Shown piece by piece: positions 14,216-27,049 of a stretch of 64,000 nt of DNA (within the stretch, counting starts at the first letter, position 1; each line of letters opens with the position of its first letter). This stretch comes from Flaccisagitta enflata. Its lineage: Eukaryota. Under the pieces are notes generated by a model. It did not search any database. It was given only the letters and a program-made list of their open reading frames with translations, and was not told the DNA's origin. Made by a program: the position numbers and the translations under genes. The stretch spans positions 36,704,001-36,768,000 of the forward strand of contig OZ231126.1 in the NCBI GenBank assembly GCA_965153355.1. The letters run 5' to 3'.

Positions 14216-15476
14216 GTAAGGGACTTGTAGTCTTACTAACGAAAGTGTAAAGTTAAACCTATAGTGAATAAATTTGTCTGTCCTTCTTTGGTTGCATTAA
14301 GACGTTTGTTTTCTCTTTGTCTTTGGTCTGTCGAGGGCACTCATAGGCTTATTTGACTGCGTCCCGTTTCGCTTTCGATCTGATGAAATTTTCACACGCA
14401 AAATACAAATCTTGATAGATTTTCATGACCCAACAGTAAAAGAAATATTTTACTGTAACAATAAACGCGTGAAATAGAAACTAATATCCTGAGGGTGCTT
14501 GAAGGCGGAGAATCAAATCTATGCCTCGAGCTGAAACTCTTTTTCCGCTGTACTTCCCCACTCGTGGCCTTGATGCAGTTGCCGTTGGTGATTTTTATGC
14601 TAGTAGCTGTAATTCGAAGGTCCGGGTTTTCCAATAAAAGTAAGACAGTATCAAAGATGAAGTTGGTGTAGGAGCACCTACTAGGGACGTCAATGAACGT
14701 CCTGTTCAGGATAGTCGTGAGATAGATAATAAATTTGAGAAACAGTATGTACATCGATAAATTTGCGTCTTGCGACTTGGCCCACCATTACATGTCTACA
14801 AGATGCAAAACATTCTTTTTTTGCACAAATGTTCTTGTGTGCCGTTCACCTACACCCGTCCACCCATTGCACTTTTTTTTTTAAATGTGATTTTGCAGAG
14901 CTATGAAGATAACGGATTGACACTTGATAAAACGCCCAATGGTTATCTGATATCAAATCTTAAAACACTTTTAGATGTCGATGAGATAGGAAAAAAATAT
15001 TCTTTCAACAATTAGATTTTGTATTCAATTAAGATAATTTGTAATTTGATTTTGATCACGATATATCACGAGTTTTATCATGTAGTGGAAGGCCGTTATA
15101 CTTATAAGCCCCTCAGCGAATTGTATTACAAGAATACGCTTCGGCGGTTCTCCATCCCGCCCTCAATTTTCAGAACCCCCGGGGATTCCCCCCCCCCCAC
15201 CCCGCCCGGGGAGAGGCTCATTTTAGATTTCCACTATTTCTCACGCAGTGCTTTTTCTCCTTGTAGAAAAAGAAAAAAACGCAAGACTTGAATTTATCCC
15301 AGTCTTATTGTGTTTCTCATTTCTTTTTGGTGTCTGTTGCACTCGTTTTCCCTGCTTATTTGTTCTTCGGCTGGTCTGTATCTTATTTCTCCGTCCCTCT
15401 GTCTGCCCTTCTCTGTCTGTTTTGGTCTTTTTATGTCCGCCTCTGTCTTTCTCCGACTGACTTTGTGTCTGTCTTA

Positions 15477-15571
<95 letters not shown>

Positions 15572-15605
15572 TCTCTCTCTCTCTCCCCCCATCACTCGTA
15601 CACAG

Positions 15606-15750
15606 GATTCCTGCGCCGTGGACAAGGAGTACACTTACCCCGCCGGAAGCTCTGGCACGATCGAGTGCCCGATTTCCCTTTGCTACAACGACTTTGATAA
15701 GATTCGGATCTCGTGGGAGAAATCAGGTTGGAATCAGCGCGAAACCACCG
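15606..15750 (+). CDS. Ig-superfamily gene, exon B: N-terminal half of Ig domain (DSCAVDKEYTYPAGSSGTIECPISLCYNDFDKIRISWEKSGWNQRETT)
   Basis: (CT)n tract then cacAG at 15604-15605. The donor accg|GTAAG at 15751 is phase 1. GSSGTIEC followed by ISWEK (W 16 residues after C) is the Ig B-strand Cys / C-strand Trp pattern. Confidence 0.85.
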
Positions 15751-17389
15751 GTAAGAACAAAGATGTAGGGATTTCCCCCTCCTTACCTTTTAACCACTAC
15801 CAGCATCGTCGCAACATCATTTAATTCAAAAAACAATTTATTAAAAAAAGAATTAAAAAAAAACCTTCCATATTATGCCTGTCATGTGAAGATGTCTACT
15901 AAAAATATTGTTAATATCCCAAATTGTTTTGAGGGATTTGTTAGTGATAGCCATGCAAAAGCATCCCAAGCACGTGTAATATTTTACTTTAAAGGAAGCA
16001 CACACACCCCCATTCATATCGTACATTTTTTTTCTAAATAAAGTATGTGCATGAGTGAAAAATTTCGCGCACTTAAAATCGAAACTTTTTAAAATATAGA
16101 TGAGACTTGTCTACATGATTTTTCGAGCGCACCCTTGTCTTGTAATCTTGGTCCGTCGTCCCATTTGATAAACAGAGAACGGCTACAATGCCAAAACTAA
16201 TACCACAGGAAAAAATTCTTCCTGACTGGAACTAACACCGATAGACAGACAGACAGATCTGTCTCACAAAACCAACGAAACATCAAATATTCTACGGTCC
16301 ATGGCTTAAATTGACAACTAATTGAATTGTGAGAAGATATCTTTAGTGATTCAAAAATAATGATTTGCTTGACGCGTGAAGAAAAGTGTCATCGCTGTCT
16401 TCTAAGTAATGACAACTCTGCCTTTCTTTCTCGCTAACACGCAAGTAATACTTCTTCCTGCCATGGCAACTTACTATCGGCCTCGCAGTCAGTAACCATG
16501 TTAAAACTTATAGGAACGTCAGTCCTCAACATCTTTGTTCGACCCGCTCCCGTTCACTACACTGAACGATACTTTTTTTTTCTTTTTTTTTAAATCTTAT
16601 CTTTTCGGACTCATAATCACAATCATTCTTCTTATTTTTCCTTTTTCGTTGGAATGGCATCCCTCATGCTGGGTCGCATGATAAGTTTGATAACTTGAGA
16701 CGTTCTTTGTCCCCATTAATCACAAGATGCATGTTGCACGAGATCTCCTATTTATCTGTTCAACATACTATAAGCTACCGTTACGTCATGCTAAACATTA
16801 ATCGCCTTTTGAAACCATGATATAAATGAATATGTAGTTATATCGCTAAATTTTTGCTCAATACAGAAAGAGGGAGAAACATGTTTAACACTTTCATCTG
16901 TGACAAGTGGAATGATATCACTGTAATTCGCTGTATATGGGTGGATTTCACTCTAGGCTGTGGTAGAAAATTGAAAAATTCATAAGACTTTCAATTTTGT
17001 CTCACATTTTTTCTATTTCATTATAATTACAGTTAGTATCTAGGACAAGTTGCAAATAAAAAGCTTTGTTGAGTCACACTATTCTTTACCAATTTTTTTA
17101 AACATATTTTATTGTCTTGCTTAATTCCGATTTTCAGCGAGGTTCATAACGTTTCTCTTCATCTTCATTTCGTTTCTTTTTCTCTCTCCGTTTACCCCAT
17201 GCGCTTCCCCCGATGATACCTTCGATGGAATCTTTCCGACCGTCTCTTCCTCCTCCAAAACTCTTCCTCCACCTCCTCCTCATTCCACGCCCCCTCCGCC
17301 TCTGCATCTTCCTCTTCATTCGCCACAACAATCTAATCTCTTGTGTTTCATCCTGTGAATTTCTCGTTTCTGTTGTGATCCATCTTTAT

Positions 17390-17486
<97 letters not shown>

Positions 17487-17487
17487 C
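17390..17487 (+). repeat. (AAC)n tract abutting the exon C splice acceptor
   Basis: About 32 AAC units directly followed by gcAG. Confidence 0.95.
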
Positions 17488-17491
17488 GCAG

Positions 17492-18088
17492 TCAACCCTC
17501 ACGTGATCTACGGTCAGCCCATGCCGACGAAAAAACGAGAGACGTTCCGGAAGAATTACCCCAAATCGACTTACACTCGTAAACGTCACCATGACGACGC
17601 CGACGAGTCCGCCGACACCATCTACGACGCCACTTCCGGCGAATGGAAGGGCCAAGGATTTTTCTACGATAAAAACAACGAAATTGCGACTCAAAATTTC
17701 CTCACTTTTACCAACATTACGGCGGATTACCACGGAAACTACACGTGTAGAGTGCGCAACGCTAATTCGCCTAAATCTTCTTCGCCTCTTTGCGCAGGCG
17801 TTTCTTCCTCCTCCTCTTCCTCCTCTTCCTCCACAACAGTCTCTTCAACTTGCGGCTGTGTCGATTGTCAATATCAGGCGACGGTTCGATTGACTGTCAC
17901 GAATCCGGCTTCCGTTTCGACGAGCGGTTTGACGACTCACCCGCCACCGATAAGAACGCCGCTGCCGACGTCGACATCCAAGTCAACATCCTCGTCGGTG
18001 ACGTCGGAAACTCCTCCTCATCCTCCAATCACGTCGTCGGGGAATTCGCATTCAAACGAGGATTCCACTCCGGATGTGTTAGAATTAG
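17492..18088 (+). CDS. Ig-superfamily gene, exon C: C-terminal half of Ig domain plus Ser/Thr/Pro mucin-like stalk
   Basis: Acceptor cgcAG at 17490-17491; phase 1 joins exon B (G+TC = Val) into the 196-aa ORF 17503-18093. LTFTNITADYHGNYTCRVRN is the Ig E/F-strand motif and ATVRLTV resembles a G strand. Putative donor ttag|GTTAGA at 18089 (phase 1); read-through stops at 18093. Confidence 0.88.
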
Positions 18089-18130
18089 GTTAGAAATTGG
18101 CCGTTTGATGATTGAGTCAATGATGGATGC

Positions 18131-18310
18131 TTTTTAGTCGCGGACTAGCGACTCTATAAGAGGCTTTGTCCGTCCGTCCGTCCGTTGGTCGGTTGGTCGG
18201 TCGGTCGGTTGGTCGGTCCGTGGTGATCGAGTTGGGAGAGTGCGAAAACGCGCATTTCCGCCCCTGCCCACCCGTCCGCGACTGGTATTGGCCGTGTATC
18301 CGGCCTTGTT
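18131..18310 (+). mobile_element. HINE/DINE-1-like family B, just downstream of Ig exon C
   Basis: tttttAGTCGCGGACtagcgactctataagaggc, GTCC/GGTC tract, inverted copy GTCCGCGACT, 3' hairpin ggccgtgtatccggcc plus ttgtt. Confidence 0.82.
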
Positions 18311-18342
18311 ATGATGGTGATGCCCTTTTCTTTTTTTATTTC

Positions 18343-18451
<109 letters not shown>

Positions 18452-19784
18452 TCCGAACTGGTTATTGAATGTCAACTTTAATTCTGGTGCTATCGAGCAC
18501 ACACTGATATGATATGAGCCTTCAAAATGCACTACGATCTTAAAACGGATATGGCAGCGGCCTGAGGGCCAGACAAAAGAAGATACGTTGCATATTGGTA
18601 GCCACCGGTAATGGGATTGATTCGACTACATAATTTTTTTGTCAATCAAAACCTAAATAGTTCGGTAAATTTCTGTAAATTTTTTCTAGGAAACAAAATC
18701 GGAGATATGATTGAATGCCGTTTTCCTTATTGATTTTCTCCTTGCAGCTCACTGCAGAATGCCTTTTAAAGGTTGTCTTTTAGTATGCAAATTAGTCTGA
18801 GCGACTTATTTGCATAAGCAAATGCATCTTAGAGACTTTCAAATTTCACAACATTTTAGGTGATGATAGTATATGTTGTTTGGAAGCATTAGTTTGAGAT
18901 TCAATCCAAATTTCGCATTTCTAAGGGATGAAAATGACAGTTTGAGTAAAAACAAAAATAAAACGGCCAATTAACGTTAAATTAAGCGCGATTGACCATA
19001 TTTACTGACATCCGTTTGAGAAAAAATCGCCTGATAACATCTTACTAGATGCATACGAGTGCATCGCAACCAAAAAAATGGTCAAAAATACTATTTTGAT
19101 TTTTGACTACTCCTGGCTAATATTGGAAGCCTCTTACGCTAAGCTAAGTATAGATTATGTCATTGTGAAGGATTTCTTCCTACGAGGCTTAATTGGGGCA
19201 CGGGAATTATTTGCGGATTTAAACTTTCATTTTTCTTCTTTAAAAAAGTAATCTTCGGTTCCTGTCTGTGTTTTTAATTTTTTCGTCTTCTTTAAGCCGT
19301 CCTCGCATCCTTATGAGGAAGGTTTACGGTTTTTTAAAAGTCCTCAGCACATTTATGAATTTATTGTCTCGATCTATGGGTCAACCGATTTGCACATCAC
19401 GGATTTCTTAATCTGGGTAGCATTTCTTTTCTTTCCGTCGTTTTGAGTTGCCATATTTGTTTTTTGTATTTTTTTGTGACTACGAGGATGCATCTTGGAG
19501 TCAATTCGCGTCATTCCGTTTCCATTTTACCACCCAAGACTTCTCTCCGTTTGTCGCAGTTGAACCAAACTTCCTTAAGCCAGCCTATTCGGAAGCTCTT
19601 TGGCTCCCTCAGTTGTAACATCTTGACGCAATTCTTATTTCTTTTTTCCCTTTATCGATCTGTCACTTGTCTTTTTACGGCGACCTTGAAAGGAATCAAC
19701 TTTTCTTTTTTCTTCCCTTCGCCGATAATACGTGAAATAACGGCCTTTTGATAGGTCATGAAAAATGCACCAATTTGTTTCTTT

Positions 19785-20078
19785 TTTTGGACTTCGGCCC
19801 CAAAGGCTTGAAATCATCTCCCACAGGCTTAAAATCAGCCTCCTCAGGCCTGAAATCTGCCATCTTGAGCCTTAAATCAGTCTTTTTCAGTCCTGCAATT
19901 GAACATGTCAGGTCAGAGATGGGAGCTTTATCCTTATCATCTAAGCTTATTTTGGCGACCGGGCAGATATTTTGAAATTCACCCCTAGATATCAGCCCTT
20001 TGGGGCCGCTGCCTAGCTCACCAGACTACTTTTCTTTATCAAATGAGCAGTCCATTTACGATCTTTGGCTGACTAGTT
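19785..20078 (+). mobile_element. HINE-like family C, degenerate; another remnant at about 44100-44345
   Basis: cggccccaaagg start, 21-bp ggcctnaaatc units, and the subterminal repeat ggggccgctgcc. Confidence 0.6.
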
Positions 20079-20348
20079 TTCCTTTATTTATCTATCTTTT
20101 TGTTTATTTATTCATCGTTTAGTTATTTATCTATTTGTTTATTTTTGGTCATGTAGCTTTGTACCATCTCCAGAGAACTGCGTGATACTTTTTAAATCTC
20201 TTAACCTCAATGTCTTGAGTTTATGGATCTCTCTGCAACTTAACGCTTCAGTGTTTTTTAAGAATTTGGAATCGATTTCATTTTTTTTTTTTTGCTACGA
20301 GCTGCCCTCATCCCTCTCTTTTTGGCGGGCCTCACTTTATCGCATAAG

Positions 20349-20464
20349 GCAATGTCGTGGGCGTACAAAACCGGCTCAGTCGAATTATCAGTCCTATCGC
20401 CTTCTTTGTCAGTGTCTTGATCGTCTTCATTGTCGTTGTCTTCGTTTTCATTCTCAAAAGTTAA
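20349..20464 (+). CDS. Candidate terminal exon of the Ig gene: hydrophobic membrane or GPI anchor (GNVVGVQNRLSRIISPIAFFVSVLIVFIVVVFVFILKS*)
   Basis: The phase-1 acceptor cataAG at 20347-20348 fits the exon C donor and is followed by a ~24-residue hydrophobic stretch then TAA. Caveats: the acceptor is weak (aAG), and the antisense frame reads as an acidic stretch (ENENEDNDNEDDQD), which can mimic hydrophobic codons. Confidence 0.42.
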
Positions 20465-20796
20465 AACGATTGAAGAAATTTCGAGTTTCGAAGTTTTGTC
20501 AGAACACGTTTAATTTCTGAGAGAATCAAACAAAAAGAAGCTACTTTTGATGGTATCTTCGTTTTGTCTCGAAGTCATTAAAACGTCCAGGGGTTCAGAC
20601 GTTAAGTCAAGAGGAAAAGGAGTCAAAGCGGGTTGAGTTTAGGTTTGAGGTGACAACTTCTAAAAGTAGTGACTTAAACATAGGCATGCCATTTTCCCGA
20701 CGTTTATCATAATGTAGAGTGTATGTTATGACATATTCAGGGGAATAAATGAGTAATGATACCCCGAAACCATTCACTCTGTTCAAGAGAATTATT

Positions 20797-20988
20797 AACA
20801 AGGCCGGATACACGGGTGGGCAGGGGCAGTATGTGGCAGGGTGGGGGCTGTTATGTTGCCTGGCAGGGGCAATTGTGCTCAGAAATCATTTTTAGAGTCG
20901 ATTTCGCGTCGTCCAAAATTTCGTGTTACCTGCCATCCAACCCACCAAGAGACACACCCCCTTATAGAGTCGCTTAGCAAGCGACTAA
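20797..20988 (-). mobile_element. HINE/DINE-1-like family B
   Basis: aacaaggccggatacacgg...ggcaggggcag...ttatagagtcgcttagcaagcgactaa. Confidence 0.7.
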
Positions 20989-21265
20989 CGCTAAAATCGC
21001 AATGCAATCATCCTAAGGACGAATCATAGAACATTAGGATTCTGATAATAGGAATTGAGGTCATCCATTTGAGACAATTTTACGATATTCCCGGCCACCT
21101 TTAAGCTTTCCGTTTCATTACTTAATAAACAAGTGGGGCAGAAGATTTCGCGGTAGGAGAAAAGAGATAGAGATCATCTGTTTATTGGATTAATATCAAG
21201 TAGGACAAAACATAAATGAGCCGTAAACATTCAAATTTGCTCTTTGTAACACACACGAAGTCTCA

Positions 21266-21383
<118 letters not shown>

Positions 21384-21634
21384 ATTTCATTTTCCTTTTT
21401 ATTGCTTGTCTCTCAAGCTGTTTTCTTTCTTCCCTCCTTTTTTTCTCAAATTCAAACTGAGGAATAAAAGCTTAAAACCTGTTCTCGCACGTCGCAATTT
21501 CAAACTGAACTTCAATATCCAATTCCTCTGCACCCATGACTGAACCAAAAGTACTTTTATCTTTAGAATGTTTTTGTGCAGATTTGAACGGCAAGAATGT
21601 AACAAGAATACAAGAATACTAGAAGTGCAGATTT

Positions 21635-21766
21635 AACAAGGCCAAGTAGGCCAAGTAGACCAATAAGGTGCGACGTGTTGATCGTCGAACGAATGCGTTA
21701 CAGACCAACCAACCGACCAACCAACTGACAGAGCCAGGTATAGAGGTGCTTTGTTGCACCTAAAAA
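21635..21766 (-). mobile_element. HINE/DINE-1-like family A
   Basis: Same termini and internal GGTC/GGTT microsatellite as the other family A copies. Confidence 0.78.
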
Positions 21767-23019
21767 CGATATAAATTATGTTGAAAATTCATTGTCCGTT
21801 CCAATACAGTAAACAAACCCAGATAAAAAGCCAATATGTGGCAGCTGTGCTGATGTCGCAAAAATGATTCAAAAATGACAATTATCAAGTAGACAGTAAT
21901 GATAATTGCATTCCCTTTTTCTGGTTTATGATTGCTTCATGCACCTCATTCTGTTGACTTACATCCTTCTCTTCTCCCATATTTGCCGGGTCTTTGGCCT
22001 TGGCTGATGCTGTATGGCCATTTCTTTTTTTTTCCCCTCATGGATGGTAAAAGAAGCGCTTCAGTATTTTTTTCTCCCATTTATTGGAAACGTGATGATT
22101 CAAGTTCCACTTTCTCTATTTTTTCTTCGGCAGTGCCTTCCCTCTGCACTCTCTCTTCTCTTTTCAAAGATGCGTGTCTATGAGATGGTTTGTCGGTCTT
22201 TTGTTACAAATGTCATGACGCCCATAGTTGTTAAAATGAAAAAGGATCTTTCCATCATATTCCTCCTTTCCCTCTTTAACTTAGTCCTCAAACTTCCTTC
22301 GCCAAATCATTTCATCCACATCCACATCATCTCCTCCTAATATGTTTCAGTTTCGCTCTCCATTTTCACTCCTTTTAGTTCCACACCCTGTTCTTCTCCC
22401 TCAACATCTTCGGCCGAAACATCCTATCATTTCAACGGTTCATCTTTATCATCTTTAATTTTTTCTCCTTCTTCATAAAGTATTTCTTCATATTCTTCTT
22501 CGTCTTCCATGTTTTTCCTTCCTCTTTTGTGTTTCCTCCCTTATTCGTCTCTTTCTTCTGTTTTCCCCTTGTCCTCCTTCGTACCTCTCCTTGTTCATTT
22601 TCTTTCTTTCTCCCTTTATATCTTAATCTCCGGTCTCTCCTTCATGTTTTCTCCTTTATCGTTATTCTCTTACTCCTCCTTTATCGTGTCTCTCCCTATG
22701 TTCATCCTTTCGTTCCCTCTTCTACCTCCACCATTTATCCTTTCCTTTTCATCTTTTCTTCCTTCTCCTTCATGTAACCTACTCCAGCTCCTTCATTGTT
22801 ACTGCCTTAACTCCTTTATCGTGTCTCATCCCTCCCTTGTCTTTTCCTTTTCTCTTTCTCCTTCGTGTCTCCTCCTTCATCTCCTTCATCTTCACTACCT
22901 TTACTCCTCCTTTATCGCGTCTCATCCCATGTTCTTCTTCTTTCAGTTTCCAGTCACGTTCCAATTTTTGTCACGACTTGGCCAAAAAAGAAACAGTTTA
23001 AATAAAAGGCAAAAAAGAG

Positions 23020-23205
23020 CGGGAAAAGAAAGGAAAAGAAAGGAAAAGAAAGGAAAAGAAAGGAAAAGAAAGGAAAAGAAAAGAAAAGAAAGGAAAAGAA
23101 GGGAAAAGAAAGGAAAAGAAGGGAAAAGAAAGGAAAAGAAGGGAAAAGAAAGGAAAAGAAAGGAAAAGAAAGGTGAAGAAAGGAAAAGAAAGGAAAAGAA
23201 AAGGA
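23020..23205. repeat. 15-bp higher-order purine repeat (ggaaaagaaaggaaa-like), preceded by a ~500-bp pyrimidine-rich degenerate repeat
   Basis: Direct reading. The phrase ctcctttatcg(t/c)gtctc recurs three times in 22670-22925. Confidence 0.85.
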
Positions 23206-24780
23206 TGACGAAACTGAGAGGAATGAAGGAAAGAGAGGTTAAAAAGCACAAAAGAAAGGAAGATGATTGTGGAAAAAAAATGATAAAGAAACTGAGAAGG
23301 GTAAAGGAAAGAGAAGTTAAAAAGTGGCAAAGGAAGGTAAAGATAATTGTCTGGAGTTCTGTGAGTCTGATTGCCAATTCTGTCCCCGTCGTTGCTCCTT
23401 GTCACGGTGTCTCGTAATGAACAACTTCATTTTTTCTGCTTCTTTTTTTTGTGTGTGTTTTGTTTTTGTTTTGTTATTTTTTTGTTTTGTGTAATATTGC
23501 CCACAAAATGATACGGAGTCAATTTGTCTTTCTTTCCTCAACGTGGCATCGAAGAGAAAGTCTAATTTGGTGGTCTGCTGCATGCTGGTACTTTACTATT
23601 ATTTTACTTGATAGCTCATAGATGACAGTGAAATGATCTTTTATCCTAGTGTCCCTTGCTTCCTCTTGAACAAAAAGATTTCTTTAGAACGCACCTTTTC
23701 GCGTGAAACTTTTTTCTTTAGTTTTCTTCTTATTTGTAAAAAGGATAAAACAAAGTATATACTTTAAAGAAAGAAAAGTCCCGAACTTAAACTTGTGGCA
23801 TGTGCAACAATTCATCCTATATAGCCTAAATCTCATACAATCATCAAAACGGAAATAGAACCTGAAGAAAATTTGGAAAAATTATGGACATTTATATAGT
23901 GTAAGCTTCAATTACATACACATATACACCTAAAACACCGAACATAAACACCGAACCTAAACTTGTAACATAGTGGTAGTTATTCAACGAAGCAAATACG
24001 AGTTAAATTCTAAGTGCACTCCCTGTCCAATCGATGTATTATTTATTGACGAATCTGCCTGAGTTCAAGCCCAATTAAAATTTTGGGTGAATCTTTAAGC
24101 TGATGTTAAACATGTGTATTTCTAGAAGCGTAAGTGGAAAAACATTCTCTCTCTACATTTGCCACGGCTTTCAATATTCTAGCTTTAATCTCATTAGAAA
24201 GATGCTTTCATAGAAAGGAACGAATAAATTCGGGAGGATTATGCAATGGCTTTGATGGGACTTTTTTTTATGAGATTTCAAAGAAAGACAACTTTAATTG
24301 CTGGGATCAAAAGGCCCCTCAAGCAGAACCAAATAGAAATGTCTTACGTTGGCCCTTGAGATGTATCTTAGTAAACATCTTTGACCGTAGCGTGCGTTTT
24401 AGAATTTATATGCACATCACGGCGTGATCTAGACTTGTCGATTTCATGCTGAACTGTTTGCACAGTAAGCAGATAAATCTACTCTGATTTTGATTAGTAT
24501 CAACTAATAATCGAATTATATAAACCTTTTTTTTACATGAGCATGCAGTAAAAAAAAGTGTGAAAGGCAAACAGATTGACAGACACAGGCGGCTACCTAA
24601 GAAGAGCGAAAAAGTATGAAAATAAAGTTTCGAGGTGTGAAATCCAGGAGCGTGGTTCTTTGAAAGATCAACGAGGACTTGGGGCAAATTGGACAGACAT
24701 TCTCTGTTCTTTTCATCTCTGTTTCAGTATTTCTTCCTTCAATTTAGTACCAAGGAACTTTTCTCAGTTTATCAGAGTGT

Positions 24781-24826
<46 letters not shown>

Positions 24827-25918
24827 TAATACAAGTAAACGGACTCACATTCGCACATTTGCGCAGACAAGCGGATAGCCAAAAAAACCGATAAATTATA
24901 AGACAAAAAACCATAGGTCGAAAGGTAACGAATCGTTAATGAAGAGGAATACACTTGTGAAAAATGGAAAGTAATAGATTTAGCTGGGGAAGATTTGAAG
25001 ATATAGAAAGAAAGATATCTATAAAGAGGAAATCGAAAGAGAGAGATAGATAGATGGTGAAGAAGGTGAGGAGACTAAAAGATGGCGGAGGTGAGTGTGG
25101 GAGTGGTGAAGGTAAGGGTGGCTCCGGTGGGATATAGGAGGATGGGCAAAAGGGGATGAGGGCAAGTCAACATTTTCATTTAAAGGACGGAGGACCCGTG
25201 AGTGAGAGAAGTTTGTACAGGATCAGAGGAGAGAGAGGTTTTGTTGACGTACAGCGTATAGGCATAAATCGTGAGAAAAATCTCTCAACTGAGAGACTTA
25301 AAAATGAGAGCTCCTGAGATGCGGTGTACGCCTATGGGAGTCCCAGAATTAGATGGAAAATCAAACAAGGCCAAAAGACATATACTGCCATATACGGATT
25401 TAATCCTATCACATGATTTCGTGCCATCATGCCACCTAGAAATTAGCAACCCCAATTGATATACATGAACTAACGAGTGGGATAACTAGTCTCTGTTTAT
25501 TTCAAAACGCTGAATAGGCCACGTAATTAGTGAATGATGGTTGGACGAACTCGAAAGGTGCGGGAGCTCACCGAGAAAACAAACTTGCGGATTGAGAGAG
25601 AAGGAGAGAGCGAAGGCTCATGCAATAACTGACTTACTGACAGGCATAAACTGACGGACTGGCCAAGGGAAATAGCAAGATAAATGGAGGCTGCTATCGA
25701 GATGTTGATGCAGCTATCATCAGGGTTTTGATTCGTAAAAAAAAGTAAAACAGGGAAAAGAAAAAGAATTGAAAAACCTGAAAATGTGCTTTAAAATGTT
25801 TGTAGAGGAACTTTTAGACGATACCAATACAATTACACTCCGCCATACCTGATTCAAGAGTAATGAAAACCCATCTTTTAATGGATATGAAAGGTCATTT
25901 CATTTTATTTCCTTTCAG

Positions 25919-26110
25919 CGATCCATCAGAGTAGGTAAAAATGATGTAGTACATTGGTTATTGCGGGGTTTATCTGTATGTCCAAACATTCTGGAGTGCC
26001 GATGCAAATTCAGCCATGAAGGCATACCCTCGAAAAACAAAAAAGACGAACCGACCGACAAATATTTCAAGGCGGAACCACTTGACTTAAGCAAGGATCG
26101 GCTCTTCTAG
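25919..26110 (+). CDS. Possible orphan terminal exon (RSIRVGKNDVVHWLLRGLSVCPNILECRCKFSHEGIPSKNKKDEPTDKYFKAEPLDLSKDRLF*)
   Basis: Strong acceptor cattttatttcctttcAG, then 63 non-repetitive open codons in phase 0 ending in TAG. Contains PLDLS. No upstream partner exon identified. Confidence 0.22.
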   Translation, partial: RSIRVGKNDVVHWLLRGLSVCPNILECRCKFSHEGIPSKNKKDEPTDKYFKAEPLDLSKDRLF

Positions 26111-26430
26111 ACTCTTTGCTGAAATCAAGGCAAAAACTGACTCGTTTAGCTTTTAGGTTTATCCTCGCAAATTATCATCATTATAATTACAAACAATTTT
26201 CAAGAAGAAGTCGTCGCGACCTCGTTTCTAAACCGACTACGAAGAGAAATGTGTGTTTGCCTATGTCTGTCTCTGTCTCTCGTCTCTGTCTCTCTTTTCT
26301 GTCGCTTTTCCCGGCTTCTTTTCTCTGCTTATTCTTTCTGTAATTCCTGTTTGTCTCTTCTCTGTATCTCTTCTGTCTGTCTATCAGTTTGTCTGTCTTT
26401 CTGTGTGTAAGTTTGTCAGTCCTAAACATT

Positions 26431-26555
<125 letters not shown>

Positions 26556-26917
26556 CTTCCTCCTAAATCCAGTCTTAGTGCTTCCCCTTGAGAATGACAA
26601 AACGCTTTCTAAGATAAGAATCATCTATCGCAGAGAAAACAATATTTTACAGGGAAAATTAAGAAAACGTTGAAAGGTTGAGACAAAGATTGATCCGAAA
26701 ATGATTACCCTTCGAGAGTAATTTCCCTCGGACTTACCAGTTGATGCTCGATAATATGAGTGTCGTATATTTCAACGCTAAAATTGAAACTGATGTGCAA
26801 AAATATACACATTTACAGCGCATTACCATTTGGACATTTGGACTCTCAATCCCGAAATTGGAGTTGATTGACCAAGTCACTCTGTCAGTCTATTTGTGTG
26901 ATAGTTCGCAGATATGG

Positions 26918-27049
26918 TTTTTAGGTGCGATAAAGCACCTTTATAACTGGCTGTGTCCGTCGGTTGTTCTGTTAGTCTGTCTGTCGGTCGGGTAACGCAT
27001 TCGTTCGATGATCCACACGTCGTACCTTATTGGCCTACTTGGCCTTGTT
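26918..27049 (+). mobile_element. HINE/DINE-1-like family A
   Basis: tttttAGGTGCgataaaGCACCT 5' hairpin, GTCY microsatellite, subterminal inverted repeat gtcg(t/c)acctt, 3' hairpin ggcctacttggcc plus ttgtt. Confidence 0.8.

Noticed and set aside
14392..14760. Non-repetitive 120-aa minus-strand ORF in the Ig gene intron (similar cases at 21930-22340, 41870-42100 and 59180-59750)
   Set aside because: Possibly decayed transposon coding sequence, but I recognise no motif.
22509..23417. 302-aa ORF, hydrophobic then Lys/Arg-rich
   Set aside because: It is a pyrimidine-rich degenerate repeat joined to a purine 15-mer repeat, with no domain or splice support.
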